DNA from: Psychroserpens sp.
GTDB taxonomy: Bacteria; Bacteroidota; Bacteroidia; Flavobacteriales; Flavobacteriaceae
Length of the DNA: 64,000 nucleotides
NCBI RefSeq assembly: GCF_017643165.1
Contig: NZ_JAEPNY010000003.1
Direction: 5' to 3' (one strand)
Shown here: piece by piece, positions 55,628-64,000 of the stretch
Position numbering within the stretch: the stretch's first letter is position 1
Layout of the letters: each line of letters opens with the position of its first letter
The notes under the pieces: model-generated
Database searches by the model: none
Told to the model about the DNA's origin: nothing
The model's input: only the letters and a program-made list of their open reading frames with translations
Program-made: the position numbers and the translations under genes

Positions 55628-55915
55628 AAAGTTTAATTTCAATAGCAATTAATAGTGAAGATAAGGATTAACTCCTTCTGTTTACTAAATCTTAATTGAA
55701 ATTTTAGATATTATCATTAGTCAGGTAAATTTATTAATTAGATCCAATCATATACTTACGCAACCTTTTGAGTTTATTTACATCTATAGTATGTAGTATA
55801 AAAGTGAAACACACCTATTGGATTCTTTTTACCTCTAGAGATGTCCGTTGCTCCGGACTGGTGATAGAAAACTTTTATATGGTTTCCCAATTTAAAACTC
55901 TCATAATTTAATTCT

Positions 55916-55942
55916 ATACCCTAAAGTTTTGCTTTGGGGTAT
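55916..55942 (-). terminator. Possible terminator after sdhB
   Basis: Imperfect hairpin ATACCCTAAAG-TTTTG-CTTTGGGGTAT, 26 nt downstream of the sdhB stop. Confidence 0.5.
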
Positions 55943-55967
55943 TATCTTTAGAGGAATAGGAATTGTA

Positions 55968-56711
55968 TTATTTGGTTAACTTCATTCTTAGCCAACTCGA
56001 ATTCATTTCAGCGATATTACGTATCGAAATTCCTTCTGGGCATTCAATTTCGCAAGCACCTGTATTTGAACAGTTACCAAAACCTTCCAAATCCATTTGA
56101 TAAGTCATTTGTTCTAAGCGTCGAACAGCTTCAGCTTTTCCTTGAGGTAAATTATTCAAATGATTGATTTTAGCAGAAGTGAATAATACAGCAGATGAAT
56201 TTTTACAAGTTGCTACACAAGCGCCACAACCTATACATGCAGCTGCATCCATTGCTTTATCTGCTATATCTTTTGGAATTGGAATGGAATTGGCTTCTGG
56301 TGCTGTTCCTGTCTTTGAACTGATATAAGCACCAGATTCAATAATTCTGTCAAACGCCGATCGATCTACAACTAAGTCTTTTATGATAGGAAAAGATTTT
56401 GCTCTCCAAGGTTCCACTGTAATTATATCTCCATCTGTAAAACTTCGCATATGCAATTGGCAAGTAGTGATATTGTCATGAGGTCCATGAGCCCTACCAT
56501 TAATAAATACGCCACATTGTCCGCAAATACCTTCTCGACAGTCATATTCGTAGGCAATAACTTTCTCGTCTTGTAACACAAGATTCTCATTCAGTTGATC
56601 TAAGGCCTCAAGGAAAGACATATCTTTGGTAAGACCATCAACATCATAAGACCTAAATTCACCTTTAGCTTTAGGATTGTCCTGTCTCCATATTTTAAAC
56701 GTTACGCGCAT
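55968..56711 (-). CDS. sdhB: Succinate dehydrogenase / fumarate reductase iron-sulfur subunit
   Basis: Three Cys clusters: CREGICGQCG, CIGCGACVATC and CSNTGACEIECP. Confidence 0.92.
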   Translation of the reverse strand: MRVTFKIWRQDNPKAKGEFRSYDVDGLTKDMSFLEALDQLNENLVLQDEKVIAYEYDCREGICGQCGVFINGRAHGPHDNITTCQLHMRSFTDGDIITVEPWRAKSFPIIKDLVVDRSAFDRIIESGAYISSKTGTAPEANSIPIPKDIADKAMDAAACIGCGACVATCKNSSAVLFTSAKINHLNNLPQGKAEAVRRLEQMTYQMDLEGFGNCSNTGACEIECPEGISIRNIAEMNSSWLRMKLTK

Positions 56712-56719
56712 TACTTTAA

Positions 56720-58636
56720 CTATTTATAACTACGAACTGTCGGTTTCACAAATTCAAACTCTAATTCTTCTTTATGTAATTTGAAATCACCATTTTGGTA
56801 TTCCCAAGCTGAGACATATGAATACGCCTCGTCTTTTCTTAGGGCTTCTCCATCATTGGTTTGAAATTCTTCTCTGAAATGAGCGCCACAAGATTCATCG
56901 CGCTGTAATGCATCTGTACACATTAGAATTCCGAGTTCAATAAAATCTGCCAAACGATATGCTTTTTCGAGCTCTGTATTCATTTCATTTTCAGACCCAG
57001 TAACTTTTACATCAGACCAAAATGCATCCCTCAGTTTCTTTATTTCTGTTATGGCGTTCTGTAATCCGTTTCGCGTGCGACTCATGGCACATTCTTGCCA
57101 CATAATTTTACCAAGCTCTCGGTGAAAATGATCTACCGTCTTTGATCCATTAATTGCCAGTATTTTACTTATATGTTCTCGGGCCAGTTGTTCAGCTTTT
57201 TCAAATTCGGGATGGTCTATATTGGGTTGTTCTGATTTTATTTCATCGGCAAGGTAATTGTTAATTGTGTTTGGTAATATGAAATAGCCATCAACACTTG
57301 CTTGTAACAAAGAATTAGCACCTAGGCGATTCGCACCATGGTCTGAAAAGTTACACTCACCAACTGCATAAAGTCCAGGAACAGTTGTCATTAATTCATA
57401 ATCTACCCATAAACCTCCCATCGAAAAATGTGCGGTAGGTGAAATGAGCATTGGTGTTGAATAGGCATCAATCCCTGTTATCTTTTTATACATTTTGAAC
57501 AGATTACCATAGCGATCTTTTATGGTGTCCAGCCCAAATTTTTCTATGGCATCTTTAAAATCCAGGTAGACCGCATTTTTTAATCTACCGACACCATGTC
57601 CAGCATCAATGCGTTCCTTGGCCGCACGAGAGGCAATATCTCTTGGAGCTAGATTTCCGAAACTTGGATAACGACGTTCTAAATAATAATCGCGTTCATC
57701 TTCAGGAATGTCAAGTGGTTTTCTTGTATCATCTTTTTTTAAAGGCACCCAAATTCGGCCATCATTCCTAAGGGATTCTGACATTAATGTCAATTTTGAT
57801 TGTGCTTCACTAGACTGCGGTAGTGCCGTTGGGTGAATTTGTGTAAAACTGGGAGCAGCAAAAAAAGCCCCTTTTTTATGCGCCTTCCAAATCGCACTTC
57901 CATTGCATCCAATAGCTAAAGTAGATAGGCGAAATACTCTTGAATAACCTCCTGTTGCTAATACAACGGCATCTGCCGCGTATCGTTCTAGTTTTCCTGT
58001 TACGAGATTTCTAACGATTATTCCTTTGGCTTTTCCATCAATAACAACAAGATCTAGCATTTCACTTCTAGGAAATAGTTCAACCTTTTTTGCGCGGATC
58101 ATTTTATACAATTGAGAATATGATGCTAACAATAATTGTTGTCCTGTTTGTCCGCGAGCATAAAATGTACGTTGAACTTGAACGCCACCAAAACTTCGAT
58201 TAACTAAGGTGCCACCATATTCACGGGCAAAAGGTACGCCCTGTTGTACAAAGTGATCAATTAAGGGAGCAGATAATTCGGCAAGTCTATAGGTATTAGC
58301 TTCTCTTGATCGGAAATCACCGCCTTTAAGCGTATCATAAAACATACGGTAAACACTGTCACCATCGTGCTGATAGTTCTTAGCTGCGTTAATTCCACCT
58401 TGTGCAGCAACAGAATGTGCGCGTCTTGCTGAATCTTGATAACAAAAACATTTAATGTCATATCCTAGTTCGGCTAAGGTAGAAGCTGTTCCAGCACCAC
58501 TTAAGCCTGATCCTACAACAATCACACTAAGTTTCTTTTTGTTTGCGGGATTAATCAGCTGTGACTTCAACTGATAGTTACGCCACTTGTGCTCGATTGG
58601 ACCGTCAGGAACTTTTGAATTTAATATCGTTTTCAC
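56720..58636 (-). CDS. sdhA: Succinate dehydrogenase / fumarate reductase flavoprotein subunit
   Basis: FAD fold [12 protein letters not shown] and the covalent-FAD His context [14 protein letters not shown]. There is no in-frame ATG near the 5' end. I chose the GTG at 58636 ([13 protein letters not shown]), but the TTG at 58672 is also possible. Confidence 0.9.
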   Translation of the reverse strand: MKTILNSKVPDGPIEHKWRNYQLKSQLINPANKKKLSVIVVGSGLSGAGTASTLAELGYDIKCFCYQDSARRAHSVAAQGGINAAKNYQHDGDSVYRMFYDTLKGGDFRSREANTYRLAELSAPLIDHFVQQGVPFAREYGGTLVNRSFGGVQVQRTFYARGQTGQQLLLASYSQLYKMIRAKKVELFPRSEMLDLVVIDGKAKGIIVRNLVTGKLERYAADAVVLATGGYSRVFRLSTLAIGCNGSAIWKAHKKGAFFAAPSFTQIHPTALPQSSEAQSKLTLMSESLRNDGRIWVPLKKDDTRKPLDIPEDERDYYLERRYPSFGNLAPRDIASRAAKERIDAGHGVGRLKNAVYLDFKDAIEKFGLDTIKDRYGNLFKMYKKITGIDAYSTPMLISPTAHFSMGGLWVDYELMTTVPGLYAVGECNFSDHGANRLGANSLLQASVDGYFILPNTINNYLADEIKSEQPNIDHPEFEKAEQLAREHISKILAINGSKTVDHFHRELGKIMWQECAMSRTRNGLQNAITEIKKLRDAFWSDVKVTGSENEMNTELEKAYRLADFIELGILMCTDALQRDESCGAHFREEFQTNDGEALRKDEAYSYVSAWEYQNGDFKLHKEELEFEFVKPTVRSYK

Positions 58637-58702
58637 CAATTCTAAGATACGGTAAAAACAGCTATTTTGCAAAGAAAATTCCCACGCTAGATTTTAATAC
58701 AT

Positions 58703-61700
58703 TTAATGCTTTTCAACCCATTTACGTGCATTAACAAATGCCTCTAACCAAGGTGATGCTTCATCTTTACGACCCTTAGGGTAGTTTGCCCAATTCCATT
58801 GGAAAATTGATCGCTCAATATGCGGCATCATAACCAGATGTCTTCCAGTTTTATCACACATCATGGCGGTGTTAAAATCTGAGCCATTTGGATTTGCAGG
58901 ATAACTTTCGTAACCGTATTTCGCCACGATATCATAATTATCCTCACTCATAGGTAAATTAAATTTACCTTCACCATGACTGATCCAAACACCCAATGTC
59001 GCATCTTTTAAGCTCGATAACATTATCGAATTATTCTCTTGAATTTTTACAGATGTGAATGCACTTTCATGCTTCATAGAATCATTATGGTGTAACTTAC
59101 CATGAACGTCGTGATCTGGATTTATGAGGTCCAGTTCCATAAATAACTGACAACCATTACAGATTCCTATTGATAACGTGTCCTCTCTATCAAAGAAGTT
59201 TCGAATCACACGTTTGGCATTGTCATTATACTTGATCGCTCCAGCCCAACCTTTTGCTGAACCTAGAACGTCACTATTTGAAAAACCACCAACTGCACCT
59301 AAGAACTGAATATCTTCTAATGTTTCTCTTCCAGAAATAAGATCAGTCATATGAACATCTTTTACATCAAATCCAGCTAAATACATCGCATTCGCCATTT
59401 CACGTTCAGAGTTGCTTCCTTTTTCTCTTAAAATGGCAGCCTTCGGACGTGGTCTAGACGTTTCGATTTCTGGTAATTTCCCGGTAAAATGTTCAGGAAA
59501 ATGATAAGTCAGTGGCTGCTTGGTATAATTATCATAACGTTCTCTCGCTAAATTACCAGCGGTCTGTTTCTGATCAAGTAAGAAAGACGTCTTATACCAC
59601 ATATCTCGAAGTCTTGAAACAGTCATAGTGAATACTTCATCAGTATTGATAATACTCAAAACATCACTTTCAGTAACGTGTCCTATTTTATGAAAATCAA
59701 TATTCGCAGAATTTAAAATCTTTTCGATGCTTTGATCCTGAGCTTGGAATACAATACCTGAATTTTCATTGAATAAGAGTTTTATTGAATCGGATTCACC
59801 TAACTCTGTTAAATCTAATTCTGCTCCTACATTATTATCTGCGAAGCACATTTCTAATAGTGTTGTTACTAATCCGCCAGAAGCTACGTCGTGACCCGCT
59901 ACAATTTGATCGTCTTTTATTAATTGCTGAAGGGTGTTAAAAACCTGCTTTACGTACGCTGCATCTTTAACAGTTGGTACTTCATTTCCGATGCTATTAA
60001 GTATCTGAGCGAATGAGCTTCCACCAAGTTTAAAGTCATCTTGTGATATATTGATATAATAGATTGGTCCAGCATTCAATTGAAATACTGGCTCAACAAC
60101 TTGCTGAATATTATGACAATTTGCTGCCGCTGAAATAATTACAGTGCCTGGCGAAATCACTTCTTCATTAGGATATTTTTGTTTCATAGATAAGGAATCC
60201 TTTCCAGTAGGAACATTTATCCCAAGATCAATAGAAAATTCTGAAACCGCTTTCACAGCTTCATACAATCTTGCATCCTCGCCTTCATTTTTACATGGCC
60301 ACATCCAGTTAGCAGAGAGTGATACACTCTTCAGACCATCTTTTAATGGTGCCCACACAATATTTGTTAAGGCTTCGGTGATGCTATTTCGACTTCCCGC
60401 TGTTGCATCTACCAATGCAGAAATTGGAGAGTGACCTATTGATGTAGCAACGCCTTCTTTTCCATTAAAATCAAGTGCCATCACACCAACATTATTTAAT
60501 GGCAGTTGTAATGGTCCTGCACATTGCTGTTTTGCAACACGTCCACCAACACATCGATCTACTTTGTTGGTAAGCCAATCTTTACAAGCAACAGCTTCCA
60601 ATTGAAGTACTTGATCTAAATAATCATAGACATTATCTGTGGTATATTGCAGTGTATCGTAATTTCTAGAGATTGTACTATCGGACATAATCGTTTTGGG
60701 AGAACTACCGAACATATCTTCTAACGCCAGGTCCATGGGTTTGTCGCCATTAGATTTTGATTCGAATGTGAAACGATGATTTCCAGTAACTTCACCAACA
60801 TCATATATAGGAGATCGCTCACGATCGGCAATTTTATGGAGCATGTCCAGATGTTCATCTGCAATGACCAACCCCATTCGTTCTTGTGATTCATTTCCAA
60901 TGATTTCTTTGGCTGAAAGTGTAGGGTCACCAATCGGTAATTTGTCAAGGTTGATATGACCGCCTGTATCTTCGACAAGCTCAGATAGACAATTTAAATG
61001 TCCGCCAGCACCATGGTCATGAATAGAAACGATGAAGTTTTCATCGCTTTCTACCATACCTCGTACGGCATTAGCCGCACGTTTTTGCATTTCTGGATTA
61101 GAGCGTTGTACAGCATTTAATTCTATTCCAGATGAAAATTCACCAGTATCGGCACTAGATACTGCAGCTCCACCCATACCGATACGATAGTTTTCACCAC
61201 CAAGAATAACAACTTTATCACCTTCATTGGGTGTGTCTTTTAATGCTTGATCAGCCTTTCCATAACCAATACCTCCGGCGAGCATAATGACTTTGTCATA
61301 ACCAAGTTTGCGCTCATTTTCTTCATTTTCAAAGGTGAGAACGGAACCACAAATCAATGGTTGACCAAATTTATTTCCGAAATCTGATGCACCATTACTC
61401 GCTTTAATTAAAATATCCATTGGTGTTTGGTACAACCATTTGCGCGCTTCCAGTTTTTGTTCCCACGGGCGATCGTTTTCTAATCGAGAATAGGACGTCA
61501 TATAGACTGCAGTTCCTGCTAATGGCAATGAACCTTTTCCACCTGCAAGACGGTCTCGAATTTCACCACCAGATCCTGTTGCTGCACCATTAAAAGGTTC
61601 TACAGTTGTTGGGAAATTATGCGTTTCTGCTTTTAGTGAAATTACCGATTCAAAGTCATTCTTTTCGTAATATTCAGGAATATCAGCACGTTTTGGAGCG

Positions 61701-62365
61701 AACTGTTCTACAACTGGTCCTTTGATAAAAGCAACGTTGTCTTTATATGCTGAAACAATATCATTCGGATTTTGTTTTGAAGTCTCCTTGATCATTTTAA
61801 ACAAGGAAATTGGTTGCTCTTCACCATCGATAACGAAAGTACCGTTGAATATTTTATGGCGACAATGTTCACTATTTACTTGTGAAAAACCAAATACTTC
61901 AGAGTCAGTAAGTAAACGACCAATTTTATTTGAAACACCTTCTAGGTATTCAATTTCTTCCTGGCTCAAAGCTAAGCCTTCCTGTTCGTTATAAGCGGCA
62001 ATATCATCAATTTCTAAAATAGCCTCTGGTTCAATATCTATATCGAACGTGCTTTGATGTAAACCGTTGAATTTCTCCGAGATCATAGGATCATAACCCA
62101 TGTAATCGGCAGTACAGGATTCAAACTCTTCTATGCGAACAATTCCATCAATACCCATATTTTGAGTTATCTCGACAGCATTTGTGCTCCAAGGAGTGAT
62201 CATGGCTGCTCGTGGACCAACAAAAAAAGCATCCAGAGATGCTTGTTCTATTTTCGGTTGATTCCCAAATAACCATATCAATTTAGCTATGGTATCGTTT
62301 GATAATTCTTTTGTTGCTTGAACAGCGTAAATATTGCTGTTTTGGTTTCCGAAGAAATGAATCAT
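58703..62365 (-). CDS. purL: Phosphoribosylformylglycinamidine synthase (single-chain large PurL)
   Basis: About 1220 aa. It has FGAM synthase motifs and a C-terminal glutaminase domain with ICNGCQ. ATG at 62365 (MIHFFGNQ) is preferred. Confidence 0.95.
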   Translation of the reverse strand: MIHFFGNQNSNIYAVQATKELSNDTIAKLIWLFGNQPKIEQASLDAFFVGPRAAMITPWSTNAVEITQNMGIDGIVRIEEFESCTADYMGYDPMISEKFNGLHQSTFDIDIEPEAILEIDDIAAYNEQEGLALSQEEIEYLEGVSNKIGRLLTDSEVFGFSQVNSEHCRHKIFNGTFVIDGEEQPISLFKMIKETSKQNPNDIVSAYKDNVAFIKGPVVEQFAPKRADIPEYYEKNDFESVISLKAETHNFPTTVEPFNGAATGSGGEIRDRLAGGKGSLPLAGTAVYMTSYSRLENDRPWEQKLEARKWLYQTPMDILIKASNGASDFGNKFGQPLICGSVLTFENEENERKLGYDKVIMLAGGIGYGKADQALKDTPNEGDKVVILGGENYRIGMGGAAVSSADTGEFSSGIELNAVQRSNPEMQKRAANAVRGMVESDENFIVSIHDHGAGGHLNCLSELVEDTGGHINLDKLPIGDPTLSAKEIIGNESQERMGLVIADEHLDMLHKIADRERSPIYDVGEVTGNHRFTFESKSNGDKPMDLALEDMFGSSPKTIMSDSTISRNYDTLQYTTDNVYDYLDQVLQLEAVACKDWLTNKVDRCVGGRVAKQQCAGPLQLPLNNVGVMALDFNGKEGVATSIGHSPISALVDATAGSRNSITEALTNIVWAPLKDGLKSVSLSANWMWPCKNEGEDARLYEAVKAVSEFSIDLGINVPTGKDSLSMKQKYPNEEVISPGTVIISAAANCHNIQQVVEPVFQLNAGPIYYINISQDDFKLGGSSFAQILNSIGNEVPTVKDAAYVKQVFNTLQQLIKDDQIVAGHDVASGGLVTTLLEMCFADNNVGAELDLTELGESDSIKLLFNENSGIVFQAQDQSIEKILNSANIDFHKIGHVTESDVLSIINTDEVFTMTVSRLRDMWYKTSFLLDQKQTAGNLARERYDNYTKQPLTYHFPEHFTGKLPEIETSRPRPKAAILREKGSNSEREMANAMYLAGFDVKDVHMTDLISGRETLEDIQFLGAVGGFSNSDVLGSAKGWAGAIKYNDNAKRVIRNFFDREDTLSIGICNGCQLFMELDLINPDHDVHGKLHHNDSMKHESAFTSVKIQENNSIMLSSLKDATLGVWISHGEGKFNLPMSEDNYDIVAKYGYESYPANPNGSDFNTAMMCDKTGRHLVMMPHIERSIFQWNWANYPKGRKDEASPWLEAFVNARKWVEKH

Positions 62366-62530
62366 TATGTCGTTTTTAAGTGTGTGCTTTTGAAAGGGCA
62401 AATTTACACTTTTTCAACGTAATTGGAAGCTATAATAACATCTAATCTTAGGAGTTATTCACGAATTAATTCACAACCACTTTAAATTGTTTCATCGGAT
62501 TTACTATTTTTAAAAGACTAAACCAATTAT

Positions 62531-63634
62531 ATGTATACAAGACGTATTTTCCCAGTAAGAGGTGTCATTAAATGGACACGTCGTCATATTTTACTTTTTT
62601 TAATAATGTCTACAATTCCTGTCATTTTATTCGATGTTATAGGATTAAAATGGCTACATGTCCCATGGTTGCCTTTAGGCGTACTCGGTACGGCTGTAGC
62701 ATTTATCGTTAGTTTTAAAAATAATGCCTCCTACGATCGTTTATGGGAAGCACGTAAGATTTGGGGCGGCATTGTTAATGCGTCGCGATCATGGACAATT
62801 ATGGTTAAGGATTTCATCAATAATGATCACGCAAAGGTCAAAAAAACGGATAATGAATTAAAGACCTTACATAAGGAAATGGTGCATCGCCATGTAGCAT
62901 GGTTAACTGCTCTTCGATATCAATTGCGTGTTGATAAACCATGGGAACAACATCTTAAGAATAGTAAATCTAATCGTGAATTTAGAGAGAGTTATTATCT
63001 AGTTTGTGAAGATACAATTCCGATAGAGGACGCGATTAAGTCATATATTTCTCAAGAAGATTATGATGATGTATTTGCTAAAGGAAATCAAGCGTCGCAG
63101 TTGTTAGGTATACAGTCTAAGCGATTGAGAGAATTAAAGGAGGATGGGCTCATTGAGGACTTTAGACATATGGAAATGGCTAATTTACTAGTAGAGTTTT
63201 ATGCCCTACAAGGAAAAAGTGAACGCATAAAGAACTTTCCGTATCCAAGACAATTTGCTACACTAAATTATTTGTTTGTTTGGGCATTTATAATATTACT
63301 CCCTTTTGGAATCATGGAGGGGTTTGAAACAATTGGACGACATATTTTAGAGGATCTAGCCATGCACAGCTCACAAACGTCAACCTTTCATCAGGCGCAA
63401 GAATTTATTGCTAAACATTTTGTTTGGTTTTCAATACCATTTAGTACACTATTGGCATGGGTGTTTCATACAATGGAAGCTATAGGAGAAAATACCGAAA
63501 ATCCCTTTGAAGGTGGACCGAATGATGTGCCTATAACCGATTTGAGTAGAGGTATTGAAATCGATATTAGACAACTTATTGATGATGATAATATTCCAGC
63601 ACCTTACGAATGGAAGAACGACATCGTTATGTAA
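62531..63634 (+). CDS. Bestrophin-like (UPF0187/YneE) ion channel family protein
   Basis: LGTAVAFIVSFKNNASYDRLWEARKIWGGIVNASRS matches the bacterial bestrophin signature. TM helices are present. Confidence 0.7.
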   Translation: MYTRRIFPVRGVIKWTRRHILLFLIMSTIPVILFDVIGLKWLHVPWLPLGVLGTAVAFIVSFKNNASYDRLWEARKIWGGIVNASRSWTIMVKDFINNDHAKVKKTDNELKTLHKEMVHRHVAWLTALRYQLRVDKPWEQHLKNSKSNREFRESYYLVCEDTIPIEDAIKSYISQEDYDDVFAKGNQASQLLGIQSKRLRELKEDGLIEDFRHMEMANLLVEFYALQGKSERIKNFPYPRQFATLNYLFVWAFIILLPFGIMEGFETIGRHILEDLAMHSSQTSTFHQAQEFIAKHFVWFSIPFSTLLAWVFHTMEAIGENTENPFEGGPNDVPITDLSRGIEIDIRQLIDDDNIPAPYEWKNDIVM

Positions 63635-63638
63635 AAAA

Positions 63639-63663
63639 AAAGCGACTCATATTGAGTCGCTTT
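63639..63663. terminator. Bidirectional terminator between the bestrophin-like gene (+) and the T9SS cargo gene (-)
   Basis: 11-bp stem AAAGCGACTCA / TGAGTCGCTTT, flanked by an A-run upstream and T residues downstream. Confidence 0.8.
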
Positions 63664-63665
63664 CC

Positions 63666-64000
63666 TTATTGTTTGATAAGCTTTTTCGTAATACTTCGGT
63701 TATCTGAAATTATTCGAACAAGATATAAGCCACTTTTTAAATTACTAACATCTATAGTATTGTTATCAGATGAAACGCTAGTCGTTAGCATACGTTTTCC
63801 AAGGACATCGTAAATCTCCACATTTAGATTTTCGTTTGTAGAAATGAACAAGGTATTTCCATTTAAAGGATTTGGATACATAGTTACAGCGCTCAGACTT
63901 GCTTCTGGCGTACCTAAGGTTTGATTATGCTGACCAAGATCATCGCAATTATTGGTTCCGAAACTATTCCACTCATTTATATCGAATGTAATCGTTGGTC
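63666..64000 (-). CDS. T9SS C-terminal sorting domain protein, C-terminal fragment; the ORF is open to the window edge
   Basis: I translated the frame upstream of the tracked Met and found no stop before position 64000. The tail YPNPLNGNTLFI ... VEIYDVLGKRM ... GLYLVRIISDN is a T9SS sorting domain. Confidence 0.75.
   Translation of the reverse strand, partial: PTITFDINEWNSFGTNNCDDLGQHNQTLGTPEASLSAVTMYPNPLNGNTLFISTNENLNVEIYDVLGKRMLTTSVSSDNNTIDVSNLKSGLYLVRIISDNRSITKKLIKQ

Noticed and set aside
63610-63813. A 67-aa plus-strand ORF after the bestrophin-like gene.
   Set aside because: It spans the terminator hairpin and runs antisense to a clear T9SS sorting-domain coding region.
1-64000. I scanned intergenic regions for tRNA, rRNA, CRISPR arrays, IS elements, integrases, prophage genes and known riboswitches.
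   Set aside because: I saw no cloverleaf-like or rRNA-like sequence, no regularly spaced direct repeats and no transposase or integrase motif. The only long non-coding stretches are the two T9SS leaders reported above. A dedicated tRNAscan, Infernal or ISfinder run would be needed for certainty.

Overview
This is a low-GC, tightly packed chromosomal segment with Bacteroidota/Flavobacteriia hallmarks: T9SS C-terminal sorting domains, a fused CcoN-CcoO cbb3 oxidase and TAnnTTTG-type -7 promoter elements. I support 54 protein-coding genes, two of them cut by the window edges. I found no rRNA, tRNA, CRISPR array, transposase or integrase. Left to right the window holds: (1) a beta-lactamase-family hydrolase; (2) a nine-gene plus-strand operon ending in a LytS-type kinase / LytTR regulator pair, with four copies of the uncharacterised 2TM module; (3) a J-domain protein, secreted and membrane proteins and a degenerate Cu/Zn-SOD-like lipoprotein; (4) a low-oxygen block with hemN, a universal stress protein, a CBS protein, ric, the full cbb3 oxidase cluster (ccoS, ccoNO, ccoQ, ccoP, ccoG, fixH, TauE-like), the ccoI P-type ATPase and a divergent Crp/Fnr regulator; (5) a VWA plus AAA+ pair; (6) a 1590-aa T9SS surface protein and a 265-aa paralogue of its C-terminal module, each behind a long non-coding leader; (7) a four-gene secreted-protein operon; (8) a MarR-fadN-fadA-fadE operon plus fadD; (9) an AraC regulator, sdhAB, purL, a bestrophin-like channel and a truncated T9SS cargo gene. 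The three best leads come first. (a) The 2TM / LytS / LytTR operon looks like an undescribed membrane signalling system. (b) A yATGAC-N4-(G/A)TCATr palindrome lies exactly 29.5 nt upstream of a -7 promoter element at four low-oxygen promoters, which suggests the regulon of the adjacent Crp/Fnr protein. (c) The two paralogous T9SS genes share leader blocks, including a 21-nt stretch that is 100 percent identical. A 26-nt perfect palindrome forms a likely MarR operator, and sdhAB lacks an adjacent membrane-anchor gene. All product calls come from motif recognition by eye; no database search was run.
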